A stretch of 64,000 nucleotides of DNA from Protoeuglena noctilucae. Lineage: Eukaryota. The notes under the pieces are model-generated. The model did no database searches. It had not been told where the DNA came from and worked only from the letters and a program-made list of their open reading frames with translations. Positions 63,601-64,000 of this stretch are shown here, in pieces. The first letter of the stretch is position 1. Each line of letters begins with the position of its first letter. The DNA is taken from positions 1,364,001-1,428,000 of the forward strand of contig OY253668.1 of assembly GCA_958009085.1 (NCBI GenBank), given 5' to 3'. A program made the position numbers and the translations under genes.

Positions 63601-64000
63601 GAGCTCGACGCAGAGCGTTCCACGTCCACCGCATCAGGCGCGCCCGCCGACGCCTCGCGGGGTGCCGACCGGCGCGCGGGCATGATCTCCGTCAGGGCCG
63701 GCGGGGCGGCACGCGTGGACCCCGCAGCCGACGGCGGCGCGTTCGAGGGCCGGCGAGATGGGTGGGACACGCTCGCCTGCGCCGCGTGGCGGGCGGTGGG
63801 CGGGGCCCGGGACGACATCGGCGTCGGCGCGTCGTCCCTGCGCGAGTCGCCGCGGGCGGAGGCGCGGCCCTGGGAAGACGACGCGACGGAGTCGGCGCGC
63901 ATTCGGCTGCTGAGCTTGCGGAAGATCTTCCCGATGGTCCTGCGGAGAGAGTGGCACATACGGGCTACATGTAGATATGCAAGTGGGCCAAGCCACCCGA
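60656..64000 (-). CDS. 3' part of a large low-complexity (Ser/Arg/Ala/Pro-rich) hypothetical protein extending beyond the window
   Basis: Successive minus-strand ORFs (63429-63959, 62783-63493, 62110-62418, 61649-62161, 60656-61543) with splice-like borders and helical segments (RTIGKIFRKLSS, AALLMLRLERERHLR); no domain recognised. Confidence 0.5.

Noticed and set aside
1..64000. Alternative genetic code (TAA/TAG read as Gln, as in some ulvophytes)
   Set aside because: SmD2 ends in TAG exactly at its conserved C-terminus, and conserved exons contain no internal TAR codons
1..64000. CRISPR array, prokaryotic defence system, prophage or transposon
   Set aside because: No repeat-spacer structure, terminal repeats, or transposase/RT/integrase motifs seen; genes are intron-containing eukaryotic genes
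1..64000. Introner-like repeated intron family
   Set aside because: No shared internal sequence between introns was noticed by eye beyond splice signals; an all-versus-all intron alignment would be needed to exclude it

Overview
High-GC, gene-dense eukaryotic nuclear DNA, most consistent with a compact chlorophyte green alga. The evidence is a nucleus-encoded plastid rpl22 with a transit peptide, plastid ClpP6-type, Toc64-like and pTAC5-like genes, the standard genetic code, and short spliceosomal introns. About 30 multi-exon protein-coding genes were reconstructed by eye. They include SmD2, a phosducin-like protein, RanBPM, Toc64-like, MYND/MSS51-like, a ~8.7 kb orphan with a C-terminal RING, a cyclin, TTC4/Cns1, pTAC5-like, a GT32 fusion, DP, securin/PATRONUS-like, UTP23, CTD small phosphatase, an MT-A70 (AMT6/7/MTA9-like) protein, SGF11, proteasome beta-3, Mis18-like, a mitochondrial carrier, an SDR, ClpP, rpl22, CCCH-WW, a Nudix hydrolase and Sec61-gamma. 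No rRNA, tRNA, CRISPR array or transposon was recognised. The strongest genome-level oddity is an unusually high number of GC-AG introns (about 18 candidates, mostly AG|GCGAG). Other highlights are a putative 6mA methyltransferase-complex subunit, an intron-split D-box securin-like gene next to DP, a Mis18-like gene, and a Toc64-like amidase-TPR protein that keeps its catalytic triad. Gene models are manual; coordinates span first to last coding base including introns, and family calls come from motif recognition, not database searches.
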